A DNA stretch of 64,000 bases from Antedon mediterranea (taxonomy: Eukaryota; Animalia; Echinodermata). Position 1 is the stretch's first letter, and every line of letters starts with the position of its first letter. Positions 49,600 to 62,584 of this stretch are shown in pieces. Location: positions 4,548,101-4,612,100 of the forward strand of contig NC_092677.1 of assembly GCF_964355755.1 (NCBI RefSeq), in the 5' to 3' direction. The notes below the pieces were generated by a model. That model worked only from the letters and a program-made list of their open reading frames with translations, was not told the origin of the DNA and did no database searches. The translations under genes and the position numbers were made by a program.

Positions 49600-52500
49600 G
49601 AAAATGAAATTGAGAGGATCCAAATATAGATCTACCTATTATAGATTCTTAGGTGGGCTGATGCTTAGGTATCTGAGAAAGCGAACTACGACACAACAAC
49701 AATTTCAAAGAGATCAACAACAACCAGAGGAGAGAAGACTGGTTGTAGAGTTTGTTTTAATGTATGTACGGTAGCACTAATTATTAGACTAAATCGGCCA
49801 CTTGTCAGCGATGGATTTCCATCTATTTTATCAAATCGTAGTAATGGAGAGTAAGTAGGAACATTATATTTGCTTTTTCTATACTGTGCATAAAATGCAT
49901 AATTATTCATAGTTGATTGACTGGTGAAAACAGAGTTTGTGAAAAACAAATGGAATACTTTTTCTGTGAACACTGAATAGAGAACCAATGCTGACTATAG
50001 TGTTAATAGCAGAAGAAATGAAAAAGTAATTCATTTGCAATTTTTATATTAATATATTAATCTTAGTGGTAGAAAAAAGTGTTTGAGTTTTTTATACCAT
50101 GTATAACAGTAGTTCTGAAAACATTGATTTCGCCATGAAAACCTTCAAACAATAGTGGAAATTGGAAAGGAAAAAGTGGGTTTTAAAACTAAACAATTGT
50201 AAAAACATATCCACCAAGTGTTCTATGGAATAAAAATATCATGTTTACAGCGCGATAGTGCATTGAAGAAGTCTGAAGATACTTAATACATTGTGTTTGC
50301 TGGCAGATTACATAAAAGTTGTTTGCCGTTAGTAAAGCAATTCAACATCATTGCGTATAAATTATTGAATTGAGTTCTGAAGACCCGCGTGAACTTTAAA
50401 TTTTTCACACGTACCAAACACCCAAGCGTATGGATGCGATTTGCGTACAGGCTTGATCAGTGAAGTAAAGCCAGATCTGTGTTAAAATCTATGATTCAAA
50501 GTATTAAGCGTTCAAATGCAATTAAGGCAACGAGTCTATGGCGCTACAGCTCGTTGAACTGTCTCAGAAGTTTTATCGACCTATCATGATGTTTTGATTG
50601 TTGTTGTTATGTAGGAGAGTAAAATCTCAGTGCTATCCATTTTTACGTTGAGTGGGTATCAGTCACATCAGTTATTGCGTCGGCTGAGGTATTTATGACG
50701 CAATACAGATGTATAGAAATATATTGCAAAATATTTTAACTTATTTGCAGCAAGTTTTAAACGGAAATTCAGACCTCAAAATATATGCAGAAAGATGTAC
50801 ATTACACGCTAAATGTCAGACGAAGAACATTCATCAGCAGAATACGTTAACTTTACTTGTGAGAGGATACGTCGACGAGTTCCATAAATTGAGTCGTGGA
50901 AATATTTCACTATTGTGAAAGTAAAACAGCTTTTATTGTTTTATCTTATCTAAGCGAAAGCATATAAGTATCATAAAACAAGAATTTTTATTTTACAATT
51001 GCATAATAGTGTACCGTATAGTACTACAGTTTTGAAGATCTACTTTATAGTTGTATAGACTTTGCAGAAAGAAGTGATAATATTGAAGATAGATGTGCTT
51101 CCTTTATGAGAACAACTATTAATAGCTTACTTGGGGCTAATTATATTATACACAAACATCTTTGTAAATTTTAATAGCTTTTCGTGAAATTTAGATTCAA
51201 TTTGGAATATTTTCCGAAAAATTCCATCGCTTGAAGATACATCCCAGCTGGAGATCACAGTTTGGTTTGTTTGTGTATCGCATTACTCAGCGATTTTGAG
51301 GTGTTTTCATCAAGGATATGAATTTGACATCCTACGTAGTAGATAGAGCGTCGTACTAAAAGCTATGATTAATAACGAAACCAGAGTTTACGCATATTTA
51401 TTGTTTGCAGATGATAATTATGAATTGAGCTATTGATCATCGAATTAGATAGGTGCGTAGAATCAATTGGGGGATTAGTCATTAATTATGTAATATGCTA
51501 TAAATAAACACGATATTGAAAATCAATATCTCGGTTAATAGAGAGTTATGACAAGTTCTGTTTTGGTTCATTTAGTATCGAAGCGCAAACCAGTCAGAAC
51601 GATTCCAGATAAATCTTACGAGTTTTTTCAAATCAACCATGCAAGTTTCTTTTTTGAAGATTTGTCAGACAATATGGTAGTTAACTATAAGTACTGTACT
51701 AGTACTACTGTATGTTGTTTTTGGTTGAAGAAGTCCATTATTAAGTGTGTGGAACAAACTACTTTAGGATCAGTATTAAGATTCCTATCTTGTATTTGCT
51801 GTCTAGATATTTTATTTTGATCATAATCAGTGAGTTAATGGAACAATTACTGTTTCATTATTTATACAATGATTTTTCTGTTATGAAGTATTAATCTTTA
51901 GTTCATACAAATAATCAAATGAAAGGAAGGGTTTGTGAGCTTGCCGTCAAAGATAAAACTTCAGTGAAGACATCTCGACTTTGTACAAGTGTTCTTTGAG
52001 GATAAATCCGAAGAGGTTGCAGTAATTATTTGGCATCAGTGGCTACTTGACTTTAAAGTGGCAGTTTTAATCCTTTGTCAAGACAATCGGATTACAACTT
52101 TTCAATTCAGTTGATTGACCGTTGAGATTATCAACTGCTTGCCCTTCAAGGCGTCATTATATTACAATCTTGTTGAATTTCTTTTTCCATCCTTTTGGCT
52201 TAATATGCCATACCTTATTTATACCGTGGTGATAAATGTTTAAAATGTCTGTGAAGTTACAGAAAGCTTTGGCAAGAGTATCATAGAAAACTAGCATTTC
52301 ATAATAGTTTGGACAATATTTTCCAGGAATAAAAACCTCTGATCTTGGACCATCAATCCTCTTTCCATCTACTGTAAACAGTGACTAAGTTTAACCAAAT
52401 TGTAAATTATAAATTGTTGATAAATAATAAATTTAAACACAATCTGGAAAAATCATCAAAATTTGACACATCAAGGAGTGTGTTTACATTCACTGGAATT

Positions 52501-53080
52501 AATATATAACCAGTAAACTGCAGAAAAACGCCTAAAGCTAGATTTTCACGCATTTGAATTTGAGAAATTTCAAAACATTTCAGTTGAAAAGGAACTCAGC
52601 ATCTTTTCATGAAGCAAGTAATATTTTCTATTATTGTGATTTTATCAGGCATTGTCTTAAAGGACCAAAGGCTCCAACAATCGCCCCTTTGTTGATAAGA
52701 AGTCTTGTATTGACGCCACTTTTCAGTTCACTAGATTTCTCTAAAGAAGTTCTTATTGGCCGGAACCTCTGATTATTCACATGCTAAATGATTATAGACG
52801 CTGATATCTGTCGGCCGATTATTAGTTTGTCGAAACTTGTGGCTATTTATTAATTGGTTTCTAATTGATGAGATGATCTATAATTTGTTTGATTTGAAAG
52901 TTGGAATTGTAAAATGCGAGCTAACTTTAAATAACTATTTAAATGCAGTGGATTTATAATACTTTTACAATTTATCTGGAATTTGTGAATTATTAATATC
53001 GATAAAAATGGAGACTTTATCGTCCAATACTATACCAAATGGTTGGTGTATGTATGAGCTATCTCATTACGGTAAACAAA
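49600..53080 (+). pseudogene. Decayed coding-like island of uncertain identity (weak resemblance to UvrD-helicase/TPR proteins such as TRANK1)
   Basis: Lacks the homopolymer runs of the surrounding intron, is visibly richer in CpG, and has stop-poor + strand stretches (ORFs 50709, 51548, 52554) linked by frameshifts. A frameshifted RRLVVEFVLMY-VAL at ~49733-49780 loosely recalls SF1 helicase motif VI. Confidence 0.3.
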
Positions 53081-54418
53081 AGGTAGGTCTATTTTGATTA
53101 ACTTTAAAACTTTAAACTGCATTTATTTTATGCTTATAGGAAGTGGGAATAGTGTTCACTGAAAGTGTCAAAATCCCTTTTGATTTTAATTGAGCACCTC
53201 CCTTTGTGCTTATACAGTACAGTAAAGCTGAAAACGAAACTATGGATCAAACAAAGATCCATGGTTTCATAGGAAAAAAATATAGAATCAAATGTATTAT
53301 AAAACACTTGATACAATTGTTTTAATTGTGCGGCTCTCTTTATGCATACAGTAATTAAGCAATAAGCTAAATATAACTATGGAACAAAGGTTCCAAAGGA
53401 AAATATAGAATAAAATATGTATTATAAAACCTTTTATACAATTATTTTAATTGAGCACCTCCTTTTATACATACAGTAATTAAACAATAAGCTAAAACAT
53501 ACGGTAATTATGAAACAAAGGTTTCAAGAGGCACAATAAGGAAAATGTTAAAATATCATTATGATAAGATAATGTAAATTCAGAGTGGATGCGGGATTTA
53601 TTTATTTATTTTAACAATATTTTACACGGGTGGTCCATCCAGCCGAAGCTGATCATTAGGGACCCTCACAGAAATACATCATGACAAGACATAAACGTAA
53701 TGTAACAATAAAAAATAAATGTGGATGATATGTGCCTATAGTTCCTTTCTAAACTAAACTTAGAAAAATATATCAAATCTTTTTCAAATTTTTAAATAAA
53801 CTTTTATTAGTTTTAAAATGATATCAGAATTTTAAATAATATAATTTTATGTGATATTTGATTGATGGTTATCAACTCAATATTTTATTTGTTGAGACAA
53901 AATCAATTATAGATTTGACAGTATTGTATGTTAATTTAATCCAAGCTGTTATTAAATCATATATTATTCATTGCTACTCCTATGTTTGCATTCAACACTA
54001 AGGAATTCAGTTTCAACTTTAGAGGCATATATTATTTCATACAGAATCCATACTATATGACCTTGGCTTACAAATTACATGTCATGTGATCTTTATCACA
54101 TGACTTTCTGCCCATATTTGGAAAACAAAATAGTTTATGGATGTAACATATTCTAGTAATTTCCAATATGGAGGGTAAGGGGAGTGGTTGTTTTAAATGA
54201 TTATGTAATTGTTGTAGACCTACAGTAATGCATGTGGCTGTAGAACCATTCATTTGGTTGGAAAAACTCCTTTTCTGGTTCAAAAATTCTTCTACACATT
54301 GAACTCTTGCATGTGGTGCATCCCATAAGGGACTCTCTTGGGACGGAGGACACTTTTCTTTAAAACGAACAATAGCAAATATACACTAAAGCTCCTACAT
54401 AATAACAACCCGAATTAA

Positions 54419-54724
54419 AGATGTACTGTAGTGTTCCCCCAAAACATAATGATTATTACAATCGGGTTTTAAATAGGCCATTTTGTAGTTTTAATCAAGT
54501 TAATCACTTCCGTAGGAAAAAAACCTGAACAATTAATTTTTTAACTTTAATATAGACAAAACAAATTGTTATTTATTTAACCAAAAACCTATTGGCTGGC
54601 ATGGCAGCCATTTCGACTTTAAATATAGTTTTTTCCAGGTAAATATTTTTTTTATCCAACTATTATGGAACATCAAAATGACAACAAATTTTTAAAAAAA
54701 ATATTTCAGGGGGACAATATATCT
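54419..54724. mobile_element. Kolobok-type non-autonomous element (TTAA TSD); shorter relative at ~63712-63796
   Basis: TTAA|AGATGTA..TGTTCCCCC ... GGGGGACAATATATCT|TTAA. Confidence 0.65.
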
Positions 54725-55133
54725 TTAAGAGAACATGCAAATGTTCCCTGAATATGGGTTCTTATCAAGTCCTTTAACTTTTGCTGATTGTAAATAAAAA
54801 TATTTCATACTTGATTAGTTTCATTTCTGTGGCTATAATTGTGCCTGTCTCGTACACTCACTAGATTAAGTTTGTCATTTATATATTAATAATGATAACA
54901 AATTAATAAAATACTAATTTCTGCTTTCTGTTCATGATACCTCTTTAGAGAATTTATGAATGAAACCATGCATAAGTATCAATGATATTATAATAATAAT
55001 TGTCAGATTTGAATTCCTGATAAATACTCGGCAAAAATAAATATTGTTTTAACTTTGAATAATTAGGCTAACAACAAACATGTGGAATTTGATAAATACA
55101 AAGTTATTTATTGGAATAAAGTTATTTTTCTTA

Positions 55134-55302
55134 AGCTCTGTCTACAGTATCAAACTTTTTATGACAACAAAAATGTGTTATGCACATATATGGGCATGAT
55201 GATGTCATTATCACTTATCAGTACTATATTTGGGCATATCACTACCATATTTGGGCACATCACACTTTTTTTGTCCAAACTATTTATAGTATAGACAGAG
55301 CT
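55134..55302. mobile_element. Harbinger-type MITE, family 3
   Basis: AGCTCTGTCTACA...TAGACAGAGCT termini, TTA/TAA flanks, 21-bp internal repeats. Confidence 0.75.
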
Positions 55303-58052
55303 TAAATACTCTATTATTTTAATGTGTTCAAGGTTTTATTATTGAGTCAGTGTATGGTTGATTATTAACCAAGTCTAGGGTTGTTCAACTTTCCAGTATA
55401 GACCTCCTCAAGACTATCACATCTGTTTCTTTTTCTATCTCTATTTTGTAGAGAAAAAAGAATCTTTTTGTGCGAACATAGCATCTTTACATTCTACTAG
55501 ACATTAGGACCTATGTAAAATTAATGTTTACTAAATACTATTAAGTTTTTTTTTTAAATGGTCGTATGCAGAAAAAAAATACATTATTATTTCAAACATT
55601 CCAACATGGTGTGCAAATGGCGAATGAACTTTTAAACCATCATATTAATAGCTAATCATGCCATGTAAAAAAACCACATTTTTTTATTGGGTCTAATCTA
55701 ATGAAATTTTCTAAATTTTTTTTGTACTTACTTTCTTGTACTGTTTGGCATTTGTGTATTTTTGAAGAAAATAAAAATTGATTTGATAGGATTAGACTTT
55801 ATAATGAATTAAAAAACAGCATTTAAAAACATAAATTTTCTTGATATAAATAATAAAAAGAAGACGACCCAATTGGCATTATTATTTTTTAAGTTTCTGT
55901 TTTCCAAGGTAATCTCCTTTTGTATAATATAGCTGTCTCCTACAAATGAAAATTATTTAGTAGGCCTACAGATAATTCTATAAATACTTTAGTAGTAATT
56001 TTTTTTTCAAGTTCAGGGCCAGTTACTTACTGTACTTTACTAAGTGTAGACATCATTGCATAATAGGAAATGCCATAATCATCGCAATATCAGAATTTAA
56101 TTGACGTTATGCTAGTTGTGATGTCACTCACTATCTCTAAACATCTACAGTTTTGTTTTTGATATATTTTCCTAAACTGAACAATATACTATAATCATCA
56201 AATCATATTGCTGGAGGTCTGTCCACATTATCAAACTAGTTTGACAAAAAAGTGTGATGTGCTCAAATATGGTAGTGATATGCCCAAATATGGTAGTGAT
56301 ATGCCCAAATATGGTAGTGATATGCTTAATGATGATATGACATCACGTCCATATATGGGCACATCACATTTTTTTATCACATACAATTTGATAGTGTGGA
56401 CAGATCTTTAAGTACATTAACATAGTCAGTAAAACATGGATCAAATAATACTCCTTTCATACTGTAGGCCTACTGTACTTATTATTGAAAAACTGAAAAA
56501 CTGAAATATATGGTAATTCTATAAACATTATTTTTTTGCTGATTGCACAGTCGAGTGCTATTACTGTAGTATTACAAAAAAAAAATCCATTTACGTGAAA
56601 TTAGTATTTTGTGTGTACCAATTGAAAGTCATTGGAATGGTTTTGTATTACTGTTTTTTTTTTCAATTTCAAGCTTAAAATAAATATCCCCAATTAAAAT
56701 AATTCATTAAATAACAAACCAGTATAAAATTGAAATATTTTAATTGTTATTTTTACTGGTTAACAATCATATGACTGGTTTGTTGTTCTTTCCGGTGATA
56801 TGAATGAAGGCAACCTGCCTGCTGGACTACCCAAAGTAAACAACCCACAGGATATTGTCTCATTCACAGCCTATATTAAAAGACATGTGTGTATGATAGG
56901 TGCAATGTCTATGCTAGGTAGTCTGAGTACAGTATTATACTTATTAATCAAAGTACTGTACTAACAAAACATACATTTAAGCAAGTTGTTCTTGTTTATA
57001 CAGTAAACAGTATACAGTAAGTATTCCGCTATTTATTGCAGTATTTTTTGTGTTTTATAAATAATAGCCAAAGGAATTCTTACCCTATATTGTCTGAGAA
57101 TTTCTGTTAACAATGTACTTATTATTTATATTAAGTTGTATACAGTAATAGTACAAGTTATGTATATTATTGTTATTGAGACGTAAAGTATGTTCATTAA
57201 TTATTATAGAGAGATGGACAAACTGGTTGATTGTGTATTAAAGTATAGAGCTGATACTGTTTTACAGTTGGATTTATCTAGTAGCGGTTTGCACTATATA
57301 TAGCATCAGAATTGACTTGGATTATCAGATAAAGATAAGGAATAACCCTTAATTTGGGATATCCCTATTTAGGGGAAAGCCTCCCTTGTAACATATTTAG
57401 GGGAACCCTCCCTGTAAGTGACTAAGAGGAATTTTCCCATATGATGAAACATACAGTACAGAATGAGGCTCAATATTTTAATACTATGTCCAATGCTTTC
57501 AGAAGACACTCTGTTTAAAGGACACATTTGAATATTCTGCACAGTATTTTAACACATGACCAACATGTGACCTATTATAGGTCACTTTGTTGGGTCCCAA
57601 AGGTGTCCCATTAATAGAGGTAATTATTTACAGTGCCTTTACCATAAATGCCATTCACTACTTCATTCCAAGTCTTTATAACTGTATGTAGGTTACAACA
57701 AAATTTTATATTTGTATACCATTTTAAAACACACTGATAACTGAGGTATGATCAAAGAATGTGTTTATATTGTACTGTACTACGTATTCAATATCCCAAG
57801 TTTATTTAATTCAAGTCAAGTTCTAGATGCATTAATCATACTGTGTCATTAAATAAACAAACCATAGTAAATCTGTTTACACCTGTAGGCCCATGTAAAT
57901 AAGCAGTTCTATAGTAATAAAACCCACACAAAATTGCTAGTTCTGAATTTATGGTCAGATATGGGTTTTGTGAGAGTTGCAATAAGAATGACACTATAGT
58001 GTATGGTATGTTCCCTTTATTTTAGTCAATAATAATACAGGGATTTTGTTAA

Positions 58053-58648
58053 AGACCCCTTCCCTGCAAATTTGGACGTTTTTTGGAAAATAATACATAT
58101 ATATCACTTTAAAAACATTAAACCATGTCATCCCTTATTTTAAATGTACGTTCTATGGTAAATTATGATAAAAAGTGAGAAACAATGCACTACCTAAGTA
58201 GCTCGCGGCGATCGACCTCTCGTGGACGGTCTTAGGCCTAGCCTAGCTAGGCTTAGTTTTGTAGGCCTAGCTGGTAAACATCGGTAACGTACGAACATCG
58301 TACGCTAGCTAGGTAGCCTGACGTTGTATTTTTGCCAGACTCCGTTGATACAAATTGGGGAAAACCCTGTATTTTCGCTGAAAAGTTAGGAGTCTTCCAT
58401 TTGTTTTGGCCTCACGATCGATCGAAAAGTGGGCGAATTACAGGTGAAAAACAAAAATATCAATCTGCGCGCAATGCATTTTGGGATTTATAGCGGGCCG
58501 CTATAATTATTAGAATCGACTTATTTTTCACATTTTTAACCGTTTAAAGACGAAAAAGTTATCGCAATAGGACCATATAGTATTGTTTTTACATTAAATA
58601 TAGTTTGTGATCTTAGATTAGATCTAAAAAAATGTAGGGAAGGGGGCT
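58053..58648. mobile_element. Kolobok-type non-autonomous DNA transposon
   Basis: TTAA TSD (58049-58052, 58649-58652), TIRs AGACCCCTTCCCTGCA / TGTAGGGAAGGGGGCT, CpG-rich interior. Confidence 0.75.
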
Positions 58649-61142
58649 TTAATATTCTGTAAAGGTGACTAGTAATGTATATTTTTGACAGTGCTGTAGA
58701 AACTACAGTACGACCAATAATACATAGGCAGATAATTAATATACTGCTACTAAACGGACATTTTTAATTGTTATATAGGAACTTTTGCGATTTGAGTGTA
58801 TGTGCACTATTTGTAGCAGTCAATTGATTCTCGTCCACAGGCATATTTCCATAGAACATGTTCCTGAATTTAGCATTAGAATGCAGTGGATGGTATAGTC
58901 GACTTGCCACATAAATCAACAAAATGATGATAATGATATATTTTGACATTTGGACATGCAAATAGTCCCTATTGACAAAAGTAGTAAAGCCCATGATGTA
59001 ATGTATTATTGAAACCCTATACTTATAGATTGAAACAAACAAAAAAATCATATGTTGTTATTGCAGTATTAAAACAAAATGTAGATATAGTTACTGCAGC
59101 AATAGACTAGGTTCTAGCCTGTAATGAGTAAAGATAAATATTTTGGCACATGTGGCGTTTCATACGAATAATACTTTCATGTACATTTTTAGACAAAAAT
59201 CGAAACGTCGACTGGTGAACTAACATAAAAAAAGACAATAACTACAGACTTTTGGCAAGTCTACTGCAGTAACTGCAGCAGAATAATTCTAACATGATCC
59301 CTGAAGTGCTATTCAAATGTGCTGGAAAAAAATAGTGTTAAACATCAGTAGGCACTGGTGCCTCATTAATAATTGAAATACTGGTGGGATGAGGAATTCC
59401 ACTCAAAAGGAAGTTGCAGATATTTATTACTCTTGTGTGGGAAATCAATACAGATTTTGTTCAACATATGAATAATAAAATATGGATTTTGATGCTAATA
59501 AATATATGTCAGAAGAATTTAACATAGTTTACTGATAGTATTGTGCATACAGTCTACATTCTAAATCCTTTACTGTATATTATTTATTATAGCATTGTTC
59601 AGACAGTACCTACATTCTAAATCCTTTACTATTTTATTATAGCATTGTTCAGACAGTACCTATCTAAATCCTTTACTGTATACTATTATAGCATTGTGCA
59701 CATTACCTAAATCTAAATCTTTTACAGTACACTATTTAGAGCATATCTAAATCCTAATATTGATCTTGATTTTATAATCTTCATTAAAGTCTTCAATCAT
59801 CAATTATCAGTAATTGTACAGTGCAAAGTGATAAATTACTTATCATTCGTTCATTTCATTGTATTCATTGTGATAATACCTTTAAAGCCAATTGTTAAAG
59901 ATAAGTCAGGATTATGTAGAGGGAGGGGGAGGGGGACAGATAGATGCGGTACAAATTAGATGTACCTTTGAATATATGCCTTCCTCAAATAAACGCTTTC
60001 TCCCCACCCCCTTCTTCCCATAGAACATCATTTTTAATAAACGCCTTCTACTCCTCGAACAATAGTAAATATTAATTGCTGCGTAAAGCTATAATGTATT
60101 TAGAACCAAGTAACATTAACAGCATATTTAGTTCATATTATTGTCGGCCTACATATTCAAGGAATTTGTTCATTTTATAGTAATAATTGATAGAAATATT
60201 TGGAAAGCGTGAATTGTATTAAAAGCATTTGAATTATTTATAATACAATTCACAACTATTAAATAAAGGTAGACTGGTTTATTAAATGGTCTACATATTT
60301 TGTGTTAAGTTTGGTTAAATTTGACATTTTTTCATACAGTTTGTTAGTATTTTTTTTCCTCAAAATACAAAAATCCACTTTTCTAGTCTCAATGTCTATT
60401 TGTGTTTTATTTTTTCCTGCTGCAAAAAATAAATGATTTTCACGCTGCTGCTCTAGCCCGCTATGTCCCATTAGGACTACTCAATCAGAAGCTAAAGCAA
60501 GCAGCAGTTATAGTTCTAAGGACAGACAGTTTTGTGAAAATGGAAACTCCACTATGATTTATTGATTCCAGCTGCTACAGTAGACCCAAAAAACGGCTGG
60601 GAAAGAGTCTATTAGGACATGTCATGCTAAAATTACAAATCCCTATATTCACTGTCAGATATTCATTGAATTATTATCAAAACAGTCCATTAAAGTTTGT
60701 GTTTGTAATAGGATACTTCACAATTGAAATATCTAGGGTGATGAAGTGACCCCCAGATTTGACCTTAGCAATAAAATTAACTAAAGTGACAGAAATTGAG
60801 TATTCACTTCTGTAACAAAAAAGTAATATTTATTCACATATAAAAAATGAAAAGAAACCCCAAAACCATTGTCTGACAGACAATTTAAGTATTTGTTGCT
60901 TTAAATTACATTTTTTTCAGGTAAAATAACTATCTATTATGTGACAATAAAATGACACATTCAAAAACATTTGAAATAAAAAATATTTTTCAATAAGCGA
61001 GCAGCGTTTTTTGTAAGAAATATTTCTTGTTTATTATATAGAAAAATTCCTTTCGATAAAATGAAAGATAAAAGTTGACGGCATTAAAACAACTTTTACT
61101 CAATTGTATGAACCACATTATTATATCTATCTATCTCATTGA

Positions 61143-61485
61143 TTGTCAACATGGACATGTGTATGTACTGTATCATTGTTGTGTTGTCAACATGGACATG
61201 TGTATGTACTGTATCATTGTTGTGTTGTCAACATGGACATGTGTATGTACTGTATCAGTGTTGTGTTGTTGTCAACATGGACATGTGTATGTACTGTATC
61301 ATTGTTGTGTTGTCAACATGGACATGTGTATGTACTGTATCATTGTTGTGTTGTCAACATGGACATGTGTATGTACTGTATCATTGTTGTGTTTTCAACA
61401 TGGACATGTGTATGTACTGTATCATTGTTGTGTTGTTTTCAACATGGACATGTGTATGTTCTGTATCATTGTTGTGTTGTTTTCA
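61143..61485. repeat. 41-bp minisatellite (TGTCAACATGGACATGTGTATGTACTGTATCATTGTTGTGT), about 8 copies
   Basis: Direct tandem repeats. Source of the three overlapping Cys-rich ORFs in the track. Confidence 0.95.
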
Positions 61486-61682
61486 AAATGCCACACAAGA
61501 TATCCTGTAGGCAGTTCCTTTCCTGATTTTGTCCCTGAGTACAGTGTCCTTATTGTGTATTTCTGACGTAAGGCCTGAAAATAGTAAGAGGAAGTGTTTG
61601 GTTTCTTATGTACCTGGAGGTTTGTACTGCTGAAGTGACATCATGTACATTCCATAAGAAATCATGTCAACAGTATTATACA

Positions 61683-61779
61683 GCAGTTAGTAACTGCTGT
61701 TAGTAACTGCAGTTAGTAACTGCAGTTAGTAACTGCAGTTAGTAACTGCTGTTAGTAACTGCAGTTAGTAACTGCAGTT
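61683..61779. repeat. 13-bp tandem repeat (GCAGTTAGTAACT), about 7 copies
   Basis: Direct inspection. Confidence 0.9.
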
Positions 61780-62584
61780 CGTGTAGTAGCTATATTTGTT
61801 CACTGTAAAAGTATACATTTGATTGTTAGTTTGTTTATAATCTGACAGACATTGTAATAAATTGTTCTTGATTAATAATTGCATAAACGGGTTAAAACAT
61901 TTTTTTAATGTAGTTACAATACTGCAGTAATTGCAGTAGAGTGATTTTTTAAATACATTATCATTGCAACTGAAAGTCTTTTCTCATATTTTTTTTACAA
62001 AAAAAAAAAAATATGTTAAGCCCTTTTTTTTCGTACAAAAGTTTTTTATTCTTTCATTTTAATGTTGACATATCATTTGATAGGTAATAATTATGAACTT
62101 TTAACCTTATATTGTAGTTCTTTTCTTTTTAAATCCCATTCATTGCTAAAGGGTATTATGTAGGCTTACATTAGTAGATGTGATTTAGTACGCTTCACTA
62201 CTGAATTCGCTCAACAGCGAGTGAAAGAAATCGTTAAACTAATACTATAGAGGGGGCTATACAACTTTACTGTATCTTTCATTGTTATAGGTCATTGGAA
62301 TTTGTACTTGGATAAAAATGTAGATAACCTTGTTTGTTGTTATTGTTAAAAGGTACTAAAAGTCTATTTGTGCTGATACCTAAGTTTGTTTAATATTTTT
62401 AAATAATTATTATTGTATTTTAATAGCTCATATTATTAGAATACAAAAATAGAAATATATTAAACAATGTTAGAAACTGATACTTCAAAAGTAAAACATA
62501 ATCTCTACAAAATGTTTTGTCTTTTTATTAATTAGAATTAAATGTTAATTAATTAATTAAATGTTATTTTTATCTTTACAGAAG

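Noticed and set aside
61075-61566. Cys-rich metallothionein- or keratin-associated-like ORFs
   Set aside because: All three frames are open because a stop-free 41-bp minisatellite cycles through the frames; intronic, with no splice support.
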